A DNA stretch of 63,662 bases, the filler included, from Octopus bimaculoides (Eukaryota): assembly GCF_001194135.2 (NCBI RefSeq). It is 8 parts of 7 records of this genome, joined end to end, with 100 filler letters (N's around TTAATTAATTAA, not from the genome) between each part and the next. Parts side by side here need not be neighbours in the genome. Positions count along the whole stretch, not along the records: positions 12,578 to 17,157 come from NC_068992.1; positions 17,258 to 25,642 come from NC_068984.1; positions 25,743 to 45,841 come from NC_068985.1; 5 more parts are not named here. One strand, given 5' to 3'. The notes below the pieces were generated by a model, which was not told where the DNA came from, ran no database searches, and saw only the letters and a program-made list of their open reading frames with translations. The position numbers were made by a program, and so were the translations under genes. This document shows positions 12,611 to 26,012 of the stretch, in pieces (the stretch's first letter is position 1; each line of letters starts with the position of its first letter).

Positions 12611-12973
12611 AAATATGTGGATATCATATTAAAAAAGGGGAAGAGAACGCCTTAATTTCATATAGTTTTAATGTCTTTTTATTTTAAGAAAAAATATATA
12701 ATATTTTATGGATGGCCAAAGTCTCATAAAATGTAGTGATATTCAACCGGTTTTCTCTATTTAAATTACCTTTTCAAGGGACATTGTGAAGTGATAATTC
12801 CTTGAGAAAGGGTTACGCGATTTGGGATTTCTGGCGAAAGCATTAAAACTACCTGAAATAAAGGCATTACTCTTCCACATTTCTTATGTTTTCCACATTT
12901 TCACTTCATAATTTTGCCACTGATTCTCCAGCATATTTTCCCCTTATATGTATGTACGTATGTATGTTTAAAA

Positions 12974-13836
12974 AGGGTGCGATGGATAAATCGTTTTAAT
13001 TTCGCGGATACACATTGTTGGTTTTTAATTTTGTCAACTACGCAGAATCTCACCATCTGTGAGAACAACAGCGCCATGATGTAATTCACTCTGCCAGAAA
13101 TTTGGAAACTGCTAGACATTCGCGCCGGAAGCACCAATACGAACATTTCAGTGTGTTTGTGTGTCAATCTGAGGGCAATGCAATCTGAGGATATGTACCG
13201 AATGAAACATTCAGTCAACATGAGGGTGTTTGAAGTGATCACATGTGATGGCGACGTTATACCTCCATTCATCTTCACACACGTCTTCGCACTCAACACG
13301 GAAGCCTCGAGGAGGCACTGCTATCCTGGATCAAGAGGGTGTCTGCTGGACTCTGCACAATGTCACACAAGCAGGAGAACACAGTCATTGCTGTCAGATA
13401 ATTTCTGCGATCACATCATCCATAACATCTGGCCACCTAACTCCCCAGACTGTTAGGTCCTTCATTATTATGTGTAGTAGTAACGGTGAGAGGCGAAGGA
13501 CGGGTAACACGAGAAGGAGAGAGGGAGAGAAGTAGCGACAGGTAGAGGCGATGAACAGTAGAGGGAATAATGAGAGGGGGAGATACACACCAAAGATGAA
13601 CTGAAGGGAAGTATTATGGCAGCATTCACCAACTTAAACAAGAGGAGAGTCTAGAAGTGTTGCAGGAGATTCCGAAGGCGTCTGGAGACCGTGGTTGAAG
13701 CCAAAAGTGATTTTATTGAATAAATTTACTCTTTTAGTATTTCAAAATATATTTAAGTAAGTTTTGTAAATATACCTGCGTCAGTGTTATTTCCCTTTTT
13801 GCGTAATTTCGAAGACAGTTTAATCAGTGCACCCTG
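12974..13836 (+). mobile_element. Internally deleted Tc1/mariner DNA transposon relic
   Basis: Ends AGGGTGC... and ...GCACCCTG followed by (TA)n. The peptide at 13151-13456 (VITCDGDVIPPFIF...DSAQCHTSRRTQSLLSDNFCDHIIHNIWPPNSPDC) carries Tc1/mariner DDE-region motifs (D-x-A-x-x-H; WPPNSPD). Confidence 0.85.
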
Positions 13837-14413
13837 CATATATATATATATATATATATATANNNNNNNNNNNNNNNNNNNNNNNNNNNNNNNNNNNNNN
13901 NNNNNNNNNNNNNNNNNNNNNNNNNNNNNNNNNNNNNNNNNNNNNNNNNNNNNNNNNNNNNNNNNNNNNNNNNNNNNNNNNNNNNNNNNNNNNNNNNNNN
14001 NNNNNNNNNNNNNNNNNNNNNNNNNNNNNNNNNNNNNNNNNNNNNNNNNNNNNNNNNNNNNNNNNNNNNNNNNNNNNNNNNNNNNNNNNNNNNNNNNNNN
14101 NNNNNNNNNNNNNNNNNNNNNNNNNNNNNNNNNNNNNNNNNNNNNNNNNNNNNNNNNNNNNNNNNNNNNNNNNNNNNNNNNNNNNNNAGGATATTGTATC
14201 TGCAATTCCATCATTTAAGCAGAATGGTGCACATATAAGTTTCCTGTACCTTGAGTGTGAATTCCAATGGTGTTTATAATTGGTCATTCCAAGTATAGTC
14301 TTGTAAATGGTGTTATTCGATCAAGGGTTTTTTGTAATTTTTGAAGTGACTTAAGAGTTGGGAGTGTCTTTGTATATGTGTTTGTAAGGTCAAATCAAAA
14401 ACAGGAAGAGAGT

Positions 14414-14459
<46 letters not shown>

Positions 14460-15829
14460 GATAGAGAGAGAGAAAGAGGGAGAGAGACAATAAAGAAATG
14501 AAGAAAGAGGTGCGCTAGCTAGTGGTCAGCATAAAACGATAGACCGAATGGGGAGGTGAGGGGGAGAGAAAGAGGAAGAGATGAGAGGGTAAAGAGGAAA
14601 GGAATGTGAGGTATGTTGTGATAGAGCTTAAGGGGTAGTATATAAACGGTAGAGAGAGGGTAAGGGTAGTAAAATTGAGGTGGAATGGAGAATGAGGAAT
14701 ATAAGTTAAGATGCTTAAAAGGACAGGTTAGTGGCGAATGGTACAAGAATTAAAAATTTTATGTGAAGATGTATATTATATAGACATTAACATGCATATT
14801 ATATAGACATTTACATGCATCAACACATATGTACGCATACAAACTGCAGTATGTTACATGCATTCACGCATATATACGCTCATTTGCATCTATTTTTGTA
14901 TATGTAAATTCTTGCATATATAAATGTTTGCATGCAGACTCGCACACGCGCATAAATGAATGCGAGTGTATACATACATACACGCACATGGAGGCATGTA
15001 TGTGTACATATATATATAATGCAAATAATAAATGAGTATATGTATACACACAAACACACACACATACTCATATACAAATCAGTGTTGACATAAAATATCT
15101 GCACCTAAAATTATATATATTCACATGTATCCACTAGCATGTTCATATATGGCGTTCTTATGGCAGGCGCTAGCGAAACGAAAACAGCTGAAATGTTTAG
15201 TATGACAGTATCAATAGATACACTCCTATATGTCTATATGTGTGTGTGTTTGTGTGTGCGCGTGTGTGTGTTTGTGTGTGCGCGTGTGTGTGTGTGTACG
15301 AGGAAAATAAGACAGGGTAGAAAATGCGAAAACAATTTCCTCATGAACTACATTTTGTAAAGGTTATTACCAGTTTCAGATCTTTCGACTTTTCAACAAA
15401 GAATAAAAACAAGATAAATCCATTAAATTGAAGAAAAATATTAAATGAAATGGTTGATAAATATATCCATAGGTTTCAAATAGGTAGAAGTGTTTTCCTT
15501 TTTCTGTCTATCTGTCTCTTTTCTTTTATCTGAAAAAATAATTTTTATGGGTGCAGAGAAATGTTGGATCTGAGGTTTGATGGTTTGAGTAGCAGCAGCC
15601 GACGAAGGAGACGGCAAGGAAGAAGGAGGGAGAAGAAAAAAAACGACAGGAGTGGCATGAGCCTGTAGTGACCTAAATGTGACACATTTTGATTGTAGCA
15701 GTGGTGATTGGCATTGTTCTTAATAAGTTCATGGGCAGCGACCGTTCTGAATATATGAATCGTTTTTAAAATTTGCGTGGGTACTATTTTAAGATCCTTA
15801 TAGTAGTGACATTTGTGGTGGAAGCATTC

Positions 15830-15970
15830 AAAATAGGTTTCCGATTTGTGATAAAATGTGTTCTTTGCTAATGCCCTGATTATAATTTGCATTGTCCCTG
15901 AATTTATAGATGGGAGAAATTCAGAAGTTGGGTTGTTTGCTATTGGCGCAAATATCGGTGTGTTCACTTA
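15830..15970 (-). mobile_element. Degenerate Penelope-like GIY-YIG C-terminal relic
   Basis: Frameshifted reading LSEHTDICANSKQPNF*ISPIYKFRDNANYNQGISKE/HFITNRKPILN resembles the PLE endonuclease tail (SEH...FPFYK...KE.YFI....P.LN). Confidence 0.45.
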
Positions 15971-15975
15971 ATGCC

Positions 15976-16027
<52 letters not shown>

Positions 16028-16535
16028 NNNNNNNNNNNNNNNNNNNNNNNNNNNNNNNNNNNNNNNNNNNNNNNNNNNNNNNNNNNNNNNNNNNNNNNNN
16101 NNNNNNNNNNNNNNNNNNNNNNNNNNNNNNNNNNNNNNNNNNNNNNNNNNNNNNNNNNNNNNNNNNNNNNNNNNNNNNNNNNNNNNNNNNNNNNNNNNNN
16201 NNNNNNNNNNNNNNNNNNNNNNNNNNNNNNNNNNNNNNNNNNNNNNNNNNNNNNNNNNNNNNNNNNNNNNNNNNNNNNNNNNNNNNNNNNNNNNNNNNNN
16301 NNNNNNNNNNNNNNNNNNNNNNNNNNNNNNNNNNNNNNNNNNNNNNNNNNNNNNNNNNNNNNNNNNNNNNNNNNNNNNNNNNNNNNNNNNNNNNNNNNNN
16401 NNNNNNNNNNNNNNNNNNNNNNNNNNNNNNNNNNNNNNNNNNNNNNNNNNNNNNNNNNNNNNNNNNNNNNNNNNNNNNNNNNNNNNNNNNNNNNNNNNNN
16501 NNNNNNNNNNNNNNNNNNNNNNNNNNNNNNNNNNN

Positions 16536-16879
16536 GTCATCGCCTCGGTGAGGCCCAATGTACGAAGGTCTTGCCTCACCACCTCAGCCCAGGTCTTCCT
16601 GGGCCTACCTCTTCCATGAGTTCTCTCAACTGTTAGGGTGTGGCACTTTTTGACGCAGCTATCCTCATCCATTCTCACCACATGTCCATACCAGCGCAAT
16701 CGTCTCTCTTGCACACCACAACTGATGCTTCTAATGTTCAGCTTTTCTCTCAAGATACTTACCCTCTGACGGGTATTCACATTGACATTACACATCCAAC
16801 GGACCATACTGGCTTCATTCCTTGCGAGCTTACGTATGTCCTCAGCAGTTACAGCCCATGTTTCACTGCCATGTAGCAT
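16536..16879 (-). mobile_element. RTE-clade LINE, 3' ORF fragment
   Basis: MLHGSETWAVT...RRLRWYGHVVRMDEDSCVKKC...GRGRPRKTWAEVVRQDL is the typical RTE post-RT C-terminus. Confidence 0.92.
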
Positions 16880-16917
16880 GGCTATTGATATATATGTATA
16901 TCATTTTATTCCATTAT

Positions 16918-17105
16918 TATTTTTACTTGCTTCAGTCATTTTGAATGTGGCCATGCTAGAGCACCGTCTTTTAGTCGAAGAAATCGATCCCTGGCTTATT
17001 TGTAAGCCTGGTACGTATTCTATCACTGTCCTTTGCTGAACGGCTAAGTTAGGTGGACGTAAACACACCAAGATTGGTTGTCAAGCGATGTCGGAGGGGC
17101 AAACA
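16918..17105 (-). mobile_element. SINE copy (second family)
   Basis: TTACTTG(C/T)TTCAGTCATTT...GGCCATGCT(A/G)GAGCACCG...ATCGA(C/T)CCC...GTAAGCCT is shared with 42320-42430; a related fragment lies at 12290-12430. Confidence 0.65.
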
Positions 17106-17157
17106 GAAACTCATACACTCACACACACACGACTGTCTCTCTCACAAACATATAATA

Positions 17158-17257
17158 NNNNNNNNNNNNNNNNNNNNNNNNNNNNNNNNNNNNNNNNNNN
17201 NTTAATTAATTAANNNNNNNNNNNNNNNNNNNNNNNNNNNNNNNNNNNNNNNNNNNN
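17158..17257. other. Assembly join spacer (44 N + TTAATTAATTAA + 44 N)
   Basis: Linker at 17202-17213. Confidence 0.95.
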
Positions 17258-18594
17258 ATAAAAGATCCTCTCCTCCTAATCATTTCGAAGGTCAAAAATT
17301 GGAAAATCCAACTAATGAGAACGTCCTGATCCGAAATACCAACCAGCAAATTTGAAAGTGCTTTTATTATTTCTAGCCGTAAAGTGTCTTTCGATTTTAT
17401 ATGAAAAACAACGTAAATTTGGCTGCTGTTTCGAGCATGAAGGCTGATGATATATGGGGAAAGTACTTATATGGAATAAATAAATAAATAAAATAAATAA
17501 TCTACAAACTTGAAGGGAATCCAAACAAAAAATTTTCTGATAAAAATGAAAAAAAAAAAAAGGAAGGTAGAATTTAAATTTTGAAATCCTGATTCTACCG
17601 ATTTTTATGCAAAATCTGAATGTGTTACCGAAAACGTGGGATTACGTAGGAAATATATTTTTTTAAATCAAAAAAGGGGCGGAGTATGTATGTTACACCT
17701 CTACCAATTATTCAAGGTGCACTTCCGTCTTTTTAACAGTAAAATGTGACGTAAGGGAGATTTGCCTGTTATTTCTAGCGGCTCGAGTGACTGCCGAAAC
17801 TTCCTGCTTCGACGACTCATAATATCAATGTTATTGTTTAGCTTCTGCTGATGCTTCTTGATCGGGAACATCTGAGATGTTCCAGCTATGAACATCCTAT
17901 CTCTTTAAGGGCATTTAAAAATTCATTATATAATTTGTCCTTAATTTTTTGGCTGCTATTTCTAACCAGTCGACTTTCCTCGTCTCGAATTGTGCCGCTT
18001 AAGTTAATATCTCCAGTAAAAATAAACTTTCGGTCGAAAATCATTTTTCATGGTTGTCAACAGCATAGATATTAATGTTTACTACTGTAATCAAAAGTAA
18101 AATCATAAATGAGGGCGGCGGGGAGAAGTAGTCATCCTTACCAAACGTTGCTTTAGAAATAAGCGGGCTTTCTCTTGTTTACGTTTGGGAGGGTGTGTCT
18201 GAAAATATCACTAAAGCTGGATTTTAATTGGTTGAATTATTGAAAGGAAAATATTTCTGTCATTCACGCAAAAGAGCTATCAGTTCACTTAAAATATATA
18301 TTTATTTAAATATAACAGACAGCTGGAAATATATTACATTTGAAAAAAAAAATGAAATTATATAAATAAATAGAAACCAGCGTCAAATTAACAAGTCCTT
18401 ACTTGTCGGATATATTGATGCAATGCATGCTGGTCGTAATATTATCTTAGATACCGGAAGAAGGAAAAATGTGCAATTATATCGATAACTATTGAAAAAT
18501 CGAGTTGTTTCTTATCCAATTTTATAATTATGTAAAAATAATCTATTATCTATCATAAAATTGTAATGTCAATTTTGGAAACTTGATGAAATGA

Positions 18595-18699
18595 GGTAAA
18601 CGCTAGCTCACGTGATCTTACGATTTTTTGTTTTTACGTCCGGGCATTTACGCCAATCTCCCCCCCCCCTTATTGGTTAGCATTGTGGGTAACTTCAAT
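18595..18699 (+). promoter_or_regulatory. Candidate HCF1 promoter / 5' UTR
   Basis: CpG-retaining stretch just upstream of the ATG with palindromic E-box TCACGTGA (18608-18615), CCAAT (18653-18657) and reverse CCAAT (18672-18676). Confidence 0.45.
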
Positions 18700-19592
18700 A
18701 TGGCGGCACCCATATTGAAGTGGAAGCGAGTTACCAATACGGCGGGGCCATGTCCCAGGCCACGACATGGACATCGAGCTGTGGCGATCAAAGATCTTAT
18801 GGTTGTATTTGGTGGTGGCAACGAAGGAATTGTGGACGAACTCCACGTCTACAATACAGGTAAGTTGATTGTAGCAGACAAAAAATGTTGGTGGTGGTGC
18901 CATCCCCCCCTCCCTTCAATCAATGATTTTCCTGCCTCCCTTTACAAATGATTCCCCCTACAAAATGGCGACTTTTTGTTATTGATGTTGAAGAGTTTTG
19001 GCGCCACAGAAATCTTCGATTTCTTGTATTAGTCTTAAAATTTCAATCCCAATTACTCTCTTCTTTAGAAAATATAGTCTAGTGTCTAGTTAAATGGAAT
19101 TATTATCTGTACAAGTTTTTTGGGTTTTTTTCAAAGCCATGTCGAATTGGCGTTTGTTTTGCTGTTGGAACCGACGCCAAAGACACCGATGTCGCCGGTT
19201 ACTCGTTTATTGTCATACTCCTTATTTTTGTTGTTATTAACATTTGTAATTTACACGGATAAACTTGTCAGTTGTTTTCTTGCTATCCTGTCCTCTTTAT
19301 TTCGCTTGTTACTCACCAACAAGCTGCTTCTGTTGTCATGTCTCCTTATTTCAACGTGACGAGACGCTACTTTTTCAAGATGGCGGCGCCCAATGATGAT
19401 GTGCGTTGATTTGTAAATAAACCTTAAATGCTCGTCTGACCGTCTTATCAAATTTGATTTTCTTTCTGTTTTAACAGTTTACTTCTATACTACTGTGTTA
19501 GTTGCCATTGGAGTATGTGATGGTTTAATAATGTTAAAATAAATGTCATTGTTGGCGGCACCATGAGATTCATCCTCTCTAAACATGGCGAC
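18696..19592 (+). promoter_or_regulatory. Cluster of four YY1-type motifs across the HCF1 start codon and proximal intron 1
   Basis: CAATATGGCGGC 18696-18707, CAAAATGGCGAC 18961-18972, CAAGATGGCGGC 19376-19387 (exact YY1 consensus) and AAACATGGCGAC 19581-19592, all on the same strand. Confidence 0.6.
18700..18859 (+). CDS. HCFC1: Host cell factor 1, first coding exon (start of Kelch domain)
   Basis: ATG at 18700 gives [53 protein letters not shown], near-identical to human HCF-1 ([35 protein letters not shown]). It ends at a G|GTAAG donor in phase 1, the same position as human intron 1. Confidence 0.97.
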
Positions 19593-21409
19593 TAACGCCA
19601 TCATTATTACTATCACTATGGCTTATTGTGTGTGTATATATATATATATACACACACTCATACGTTTTATATATATATATATATATCACATTGTGTGTAT
19701 GTCACTCACTCACATACGCGTATATAGTTTAATGCAAACAAACATCTTGCCTCTTATTTTCATCATTATAATTTTTTTTTAATAGACGGATAAAATTATT
19801 TTTGTGGAGAATTGATATTTATGATTATAGTTCTTAATGCAATCTATTGCATTGCTTACTGGTAGCTGCACACACACACACACACATTTATAGAGAGAGA
19901 GTGTGTGTGTGTATTTAAACCAGTCCAGTAGTTTTGCGATACTGCTATCTTCATTGAACATTTTATATGACTGCATTTTTCTCTAATGCATTCACTGTGA
20001 ATTTCAGAAACACATTTTCCTCGTATTTCCTGAGCGGTTAACATTAAAAAAAGTTTTTCCTATTTTTTTTACACAATCTTCTTTGAATTCGGCAGTTTTT
20101 GTAATCGTTTTTGTTTGTTAAAGACGTTTTTTCTTTTTGTTTTTTCCTTTCGGTTTCTCAAACTGGAAATGATTGTAATTTTTTTTTCATGGTTCAGCGA
20201 TGGACTGCCTTGTTTATTTACTTCGGTGGTGACATTGTGTCATTGGATTTGTCTCCCTTTGTAGTGGAACTCTCCTAATACATTATGCTAATGTTCCTCC
20301 TTGATTGCCAGGGGATACATATTCTTCACATCGACACAATGGCAATATTTATTGAAACATTTACCATTTATTACTGTTCCAGTGAGTGCTTCGCTTTGAC
20401 AGCAAACTTATGATACAAAGGCGTTACAGTCGTAGCCATCTTATTTTTAGATTTATTGTTGTTCTATATTATTTTCTCTTCGCAATTTGATGTTAAGACT
20501 TCCAAATATAATTAGCAAGTTTACATATTCGAGATGAATTTCAAATTGTTAGCCTTGGATGTAAAGTAGAATGTTTACTTTTCTTCATACATATACAAAT
20601 ATATACCAGTGTATTACTGGTACTTGGTGAACTGTAACTAGCTGGTTCCTCTCGAAGCCAGTAAGGAGCCTCTATACTGTTGCCAGCTTGCTAGAAATAG
20701 CAGCCAAATTTCCCCTCAAATCACACTGACGTATTAAAAATAAGAAAGTCAATGCATAATGTAGTTTAAGATAATATTTATGTGAAAAAATAGGGATGAT
20801 CATGACTGGAACACCTTTAATCATAGTTTTGTTAGATCAAAACTGGTCTGGGCTAAGTAACAACAGATCCATCTCATCATTGATATTGTTTTATTATCCA
20901 CTTCCAGATATATTTAATTTTCAACTACTTCATCTAAAATGAATATAAATCGCAGCACATTTCCCTCCATTGCTTGTCATGTCTCTTGCATGAGATATAC
21001 CTTTTTAATTTTATTTTGAAAGTTCTAGCTCAAATGACTCAAATTGTATCTGATAGAGAATTTAAACTTTTTTTTTTTTGTTAATGGAATAACGAAAGAT
21101 AGTCTTTGCTCTACAGACTGGCGTCATTCTGTTGCTGATTAGCTCTCCTTAGATTTATAATATATTTTTTTATAAATTAACTTTGTCTTTCATCGTATGT
21201 GATCGATAAAGTACCAGTCAAGTACTACGGTTGATTTAATCGATTAAAACCCTCCCTCTGAAACTACTGGCCTTGTGCTAAAATTTGAAACCATTAACAT
21301 ACCAGACAAAATACTTAGTGACACTTCGTCCGCCTTTCATCCTTCAGGATCGATGTGATCGACTAGCCTCCTTCCCCAGAATTTCAGGCCTTGTGCCTCT
21401 GGTAGAAAG

Positions 21410-21885
21410 GATTATTATTATTATTGAGTGAGAGAGCATTGCATTCCAAAGTGACACTGGAGTAAAATATACGAAGCCCAGTATACCCACCATGACTACC
21501 CGTCTGATAAGGTTACACCAAGCACATGCAGGTGGGACCCAGTTTAAATTTTCTTCAGGTCGAGTAGCCCATCCCACTCAAAAGGTCCCTGAATAAGAGT
21601 TGTTTAAGGATGTTGAATGAAACACCCATGTTTCCAGAAGTGAATTATTCAAACTCCAAAGAATTCCTCTCAACACATGGCCATGATGCTCCTCTACTCC
21701 TGCTCATTATCAGAGATGCACATATCGTCAGCCACCAAGGGACTTGCTCAACTGGTTAAGGTCAAACAACTGACAAGCAAATCTGTGGCATTGAGCAGAA
21801 TATTTGTTGTAGCCCATCTTTTATCCCAAGACAAAACATGTACATGATAACACTTCCAATCAGTTAAAATCAGAAGCCATGAGAG
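21410..21885 (-). mobile_element. Interspersed retroelement 3' end with (TAA)n tail
   Basis: Reverse complement of 26013-26455 (shared GAGTGAGAGAGCA..., TTGACAAGCAAATCTGTGG-like end), terminating in a TAA microsatellite. Confidence 0.7.
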
Positions 21886-22658
21886 CCAATACCTGGGAAA
21901 ATATCCCAGGGGAATGTTCTTCATATAAAATATAAATACAGTAATCTCCCAACTGAGAATATTTGAGTGATTAGTAAACAAATCCTACCTTCGAGAGTTT
22001 GAGATCTAAAAAAAAGTTGTCAACATGCAGATTGGATGGATATGGAATTCTTGATGCCTGTCAGTGAATTGACAGAAAAGAATTACTTGCAGCTGTATAA
22101 TTAGATTATGTGGTCGTTAGTATTTCATATGACTATAGAAGAGGAATGCAGCACCTGTGATGATTTCGGGGGTTTCTGTGGTTGGTGGGAGGCTGTTGTC
22201 CTCAATGTGTCCTCAAAAATGTAGTATTGTGCTGATAGGAATTGTGATGGTCGACAGTTTGTAGAATGGAAACCAAAATACCTTGAGATGTCATCCTGTT
22301 ACATCTCTACATTTAGAGATTAAAATCTGGAGTTGATATTTTGCCTTTCATCAGTCAATAAAATAAGTACTGGAATCAATTAAATTGACCTGACTCTATC
22401 ATCACTAAACTCCTAACCCTGGGCCAAAGCTAAACTGCAATTTTGTCTTTCTTTTTTCTCTCTCTCTCTCTCTCTCTAATGCAATAAAATAATTTAGTTC
22501 TATATCATTCTTCAAGTTTCAATTTCTATTAATTAATCCTGATTTTAATACACTTTATTATTCAAGTTATTCTGAGGGGAAAATTTTAGGTGATACAAGA
22601 ATAGTTTTTTATGAAATTCATAATATATTTAGTTTTTACACTCAGTGGTAATAAATAA

Positions 22659-22700
<42 letters not shown>

Positions 22701-23111
22701 CAGTTTTGCATATGGAACCAGTGGTGCTCCTCTCTCTCTCTCCAGACTTTTTTGAAAAATGTTTGCCTTATGTGCCATCAAATATGGTACATGTTTACAT
22801 TTTAAAATAAAACTCCTCAACTTACATGTAACAACTTGATGTATTCATTGTTTAATTTTAGGCCAATCATTATTAAATTTAATTTATACTGGTGTTTTTG
22901 TTGTTTTTCAGTAAAATATATACAGGAATATTTATCCATCATGATTTTAGGTCTGCTTTTCATGCTTTTCCTCGACACCAGCAGTGGTGGTGGGTTGCTT
23001 CATAAATTGCAAGACTAAAGAGCTCCTATGCCATAGAAGGAAAATAGAAGAAAGGAGGATGGCTTTGGGTGATGGATTGGGAGGTTAAAGTATGATAAAA
23101 AAAAAAACAGG

Positions 23112-23262
23112 TCTATGGTTGGCGTTAGGAAGGGCATCCAGCTGTAGAAACTCTGCCAAATCAGACTGGAGCCTGGTGTTGCCATCTGGTTTCACCAGTC
23201 CTCAGTCAAATCGTCCAACCCATGCTAGCATGGAAAGCGGACGTTAAACGATGATGATGATC
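23112..23262 (+). mobile_element. RTE-tail-type SINE/LINE 3' end with (GAT)n tail
   Basis: GGCGTTAGGAAGGGCATCCAGCTGTAGAAAC...CCAACCCATGCTAGCATGGAAAGCGGACGTTAAACGATGATGATG. Many copies elsewhere (27475, 30400, 31320, 32180, 40960, 44060). Confidence 0.8.
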
Positions 23263-25328
23263 ATCATCATCATTATCAAGTAGATGGGGAAATACTCCAT
23301 CTACTTGAGAGATAAGGATATGATAGTTCTGAAAAGCAAGAGTGCACCTTCAAGGTAATGTGGAGGACTAGAAAGCCCATGGTGACAGGAGGATCAAGGT
23401 GTAGGGGTAAAAGTTACGAGAGGGAGTGAGTCATAATCTTTGTCATTTAACATCCATGTTCTATGCTGGCATGGGCTTGATGATTTGACAGGAAGATCTG
23501 ATAGCCTCTAGGGTCACATTGAGCTTCAGCATGATTTCCATAGCTGGATGTCTTCATAACACCAATGACTTTACAATGTACTGGGTGCTTTTACAAACTT
23601 CCAAGACAGGAAGAGTACAGAAGGGTATATCTGAGACAGAGGTGGCAGTTTTTGCCAGGTATAGGGAGGCTGAAGTATAACAGTGAAACAAGCACAGGTT
23701 CTTGCTATAGAGAAGATACATGGATACCCTGCATTGTATAAGGGTAGGTGGGAGTAACTGGAAAGAAGTTAGAGATGGCAGTAGTCATAGGTGGTAGATG
23801 GGGTAAGTGAAGGTTACTTATTATGAGTAAGAAGAGATGCATAGTAATGAAGGATAGCAGAACAGAAATGATCATGTATATAGTAACAAGTTCTGCTTTT
23901 ATTAATTACAGCGGCTGGCTAATACAGTAGATAGTAGAGTGGTAGGGTACAGAGGGGTGTGGGTGTAGTCTTAACAAGGACCACCTTTTCTGCACTCAAT
24001 TCTGAGCCAAGCAGGTAGATTCTATTAAAGTACAACCATTATAAAGTGCCAAATTCGTTACACCAGAAGGTTTGGGCTACCATTTAGTCCTTTTTACATT
24101 TTGATTTATTAACAATATTTGAAGAACATGGTGTCTTTTTAATAAGCACAAATGTCGAGTGTTTGTAAATCATTTTATTGTGCTGTTCACTAATCTATTT
24201 CTACATAAACAACAAGCAGACTTACTCAAGACTCATAATAGCAGAGCTTGACTCTGTTTTCATATTTCATGATGTATGATTAAGTGACATTACAACCCTA
24301 ACCCTCACAGAATGGGGTGCCAGTCCATCACAGGATTAACTTCCCAGTCATTGTTGGAACTGATTTACAGCTGAGTGGATCAGGGCAGCGTGAAATGAAT
24401 TGTTTTGCTCAAGAACAGAATTCATTTGCTTCCTCCAGTAATTGAAACGATGATTTTACAATCTTGAGTGCAACAACCTAACAACAAGTGGACAAAGTTT
24501 AACAAAAACGAAAGCTGAAATTTCAATACCTTGTCTAAAAGCCTCAAGGCCTGCAAGGTGTAGGTGTGGATATGTTCAGAGAACATTTAAATAAATTTAG
24601 TCAGATATGCCAGATGAACCCACAGCAAGAAATACAAAGAAGGGCAGCTTTGTACAGCTCACTGCTTCGCCAGAACGAAATCTGGTGAAAGGTTTGGAGA
24701 AGTGAGTTAAAAATGACTAGCAATCACAGTAATTGTGGTGCTCCAGCATGGCCCTTGGCTGAAACCATTAAAAGATGAGCTTCACTCCTGAAACAATAAA
24801 TAATTGCTTTGATAAAATATATTCTTTCATTGTTTTGTTTGTTTTGTTTCTCTCTTCATTTAACAGTAATATACTTTTATTATTTACTGTTTCCAAAGAG
24901 ATGAAGCTTAGTGATGAGATGTTAGAGGATGAAGACTAGAGGCTGGCTAAAAGAGGTTGGGGCAGCTAATATTGAAGAGATATTGTGAGATGGGGAAACT
25001 AGTTGGATGAAGTAACACTCATTAAAGGATTGAGTTTATATATCATCATCAATTGTAAAATACCTTCATTTTACTGATAAAACTTTAAACCAGTCTCAAC
25101 CATTACATACCAGTGTCAAAGCAACTGTTTTGTTTTTTTTTTTCTTTTTTAATTTACAAGGTTAATTTTGTGTGGGTGAACAGAATGTTATACCAGAAAT
25201 TTTTCATAAAATATGCTCATAGTTGCAGGCATGGCTCTGTGGTATGAACCACATATTTCTGGGTTTGAGTGGATGTGGTAGATTGAAAGTGAAAGAAGCT
25301 TCTGTGTGTGTGTGTGTATATATATATA

Positions 25329-25642
25329 TCTATATATATAAAAATGAGAATGTGTGTCTGTCTGTGTGTTTCCCTAAAACTCGAGAACTACACAACCAAT
25401 TTCATTCAAATTTTACACATGTCTTACTTAGGGTTCCGGTTGTGTTTTAGTCAAAAAAAATTTTTAACTTCTTGCAGAGTTCGAGCCCACGGCAACATAA
25501 TATCTGCTCCACTATTTAAGTATTACGTGTCAAAAGTGAAACAAAAACACTCATGTCAAATACTTTCACTTTAAAAATGAAACTATTCCACTAACTGAAA
25601 CAATCACATTTCGATACTGCAATGACAGATACTTTCGCTTTA
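25329..25642 (+). mobile_element. Non-autonomous Helitron/Helentron-like (HINE-type) element, 5' part
   Basis: Begins TCTATATATATAAAAATGAGAATGTGTGTCTGTCTGT with a short CTGT microsatellite. A second near-identical copy lies on the minus strand at 29528-29647. Confidence 0.6.
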
Positions 25643-25742
25643 NNNNNNNNNNNNNNNNNNNNNNNNNNNNNNNNNNNNNNNNNNNNTTAATTAATTAANN
25701 NNNNNNNNNNNNNNNNNNNNNNNNNNNNNNNNNNNNNNNNNN
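25643..25742. other. Assembly join spacer (44 N + TTAATTAATTAA + 44 N)
   Basis: Linker at 25687-25698. Confidence 0.95.
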
Positions 25743-26012
25743 GCTTTCTAATTGATGTATCAATACCAGCAGATGACAACGTTTCTCTAAAAGAAATGGA
25801 AAAACTTTCAAAATACAAAGACCTGGAAATAGAGATAACTCGAATGTGGAATCTAAAAACAGAAACAATTCCTATCATAGTAGGTGCCTTAGGTATAATA
25901 AAAAAATATTCAGACAAATACATAACAAAAACACCAGGACTTACAAATATATATAACATACAGAAAATTGCACTACTGGGTACTGCACACATTCTACGCA
26001 AAACACTTTCAA
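25743..26012 (+). mobile_element. Non-LTR retrotransposon with restriction-like endonuclease (R4/Dong/NeSL-like), C-terminal fragment
   Basis: FLIDVSIPADDNVSLKEMEKLSKYKDLEIEITRMWNLKTETIPIIVGALG...IQKIALLGTAHILRKTLSI matches the RLE domain tail. Confidence 0.88.

Noticed and set aside
15545-15967. 140-aa minus-strand ORF (MNTPIFAPIANN...)
   Set aside because: No recognisable domain; another frame of the same DNA gives a frameshifted Penelope GIY-YIG tail, so the ORF is probably a shadow frame.
19393-19439. C/D-box snoRNA-like pair (ATGATGA ... CTGA) in HCF1 intron 1
   Set aside because: Only 47 nt from box C to box D, no correctly positioned terminal stem and no recognisable rRNA-antisense guide. 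An Infernal or snoscan hit would revive it.
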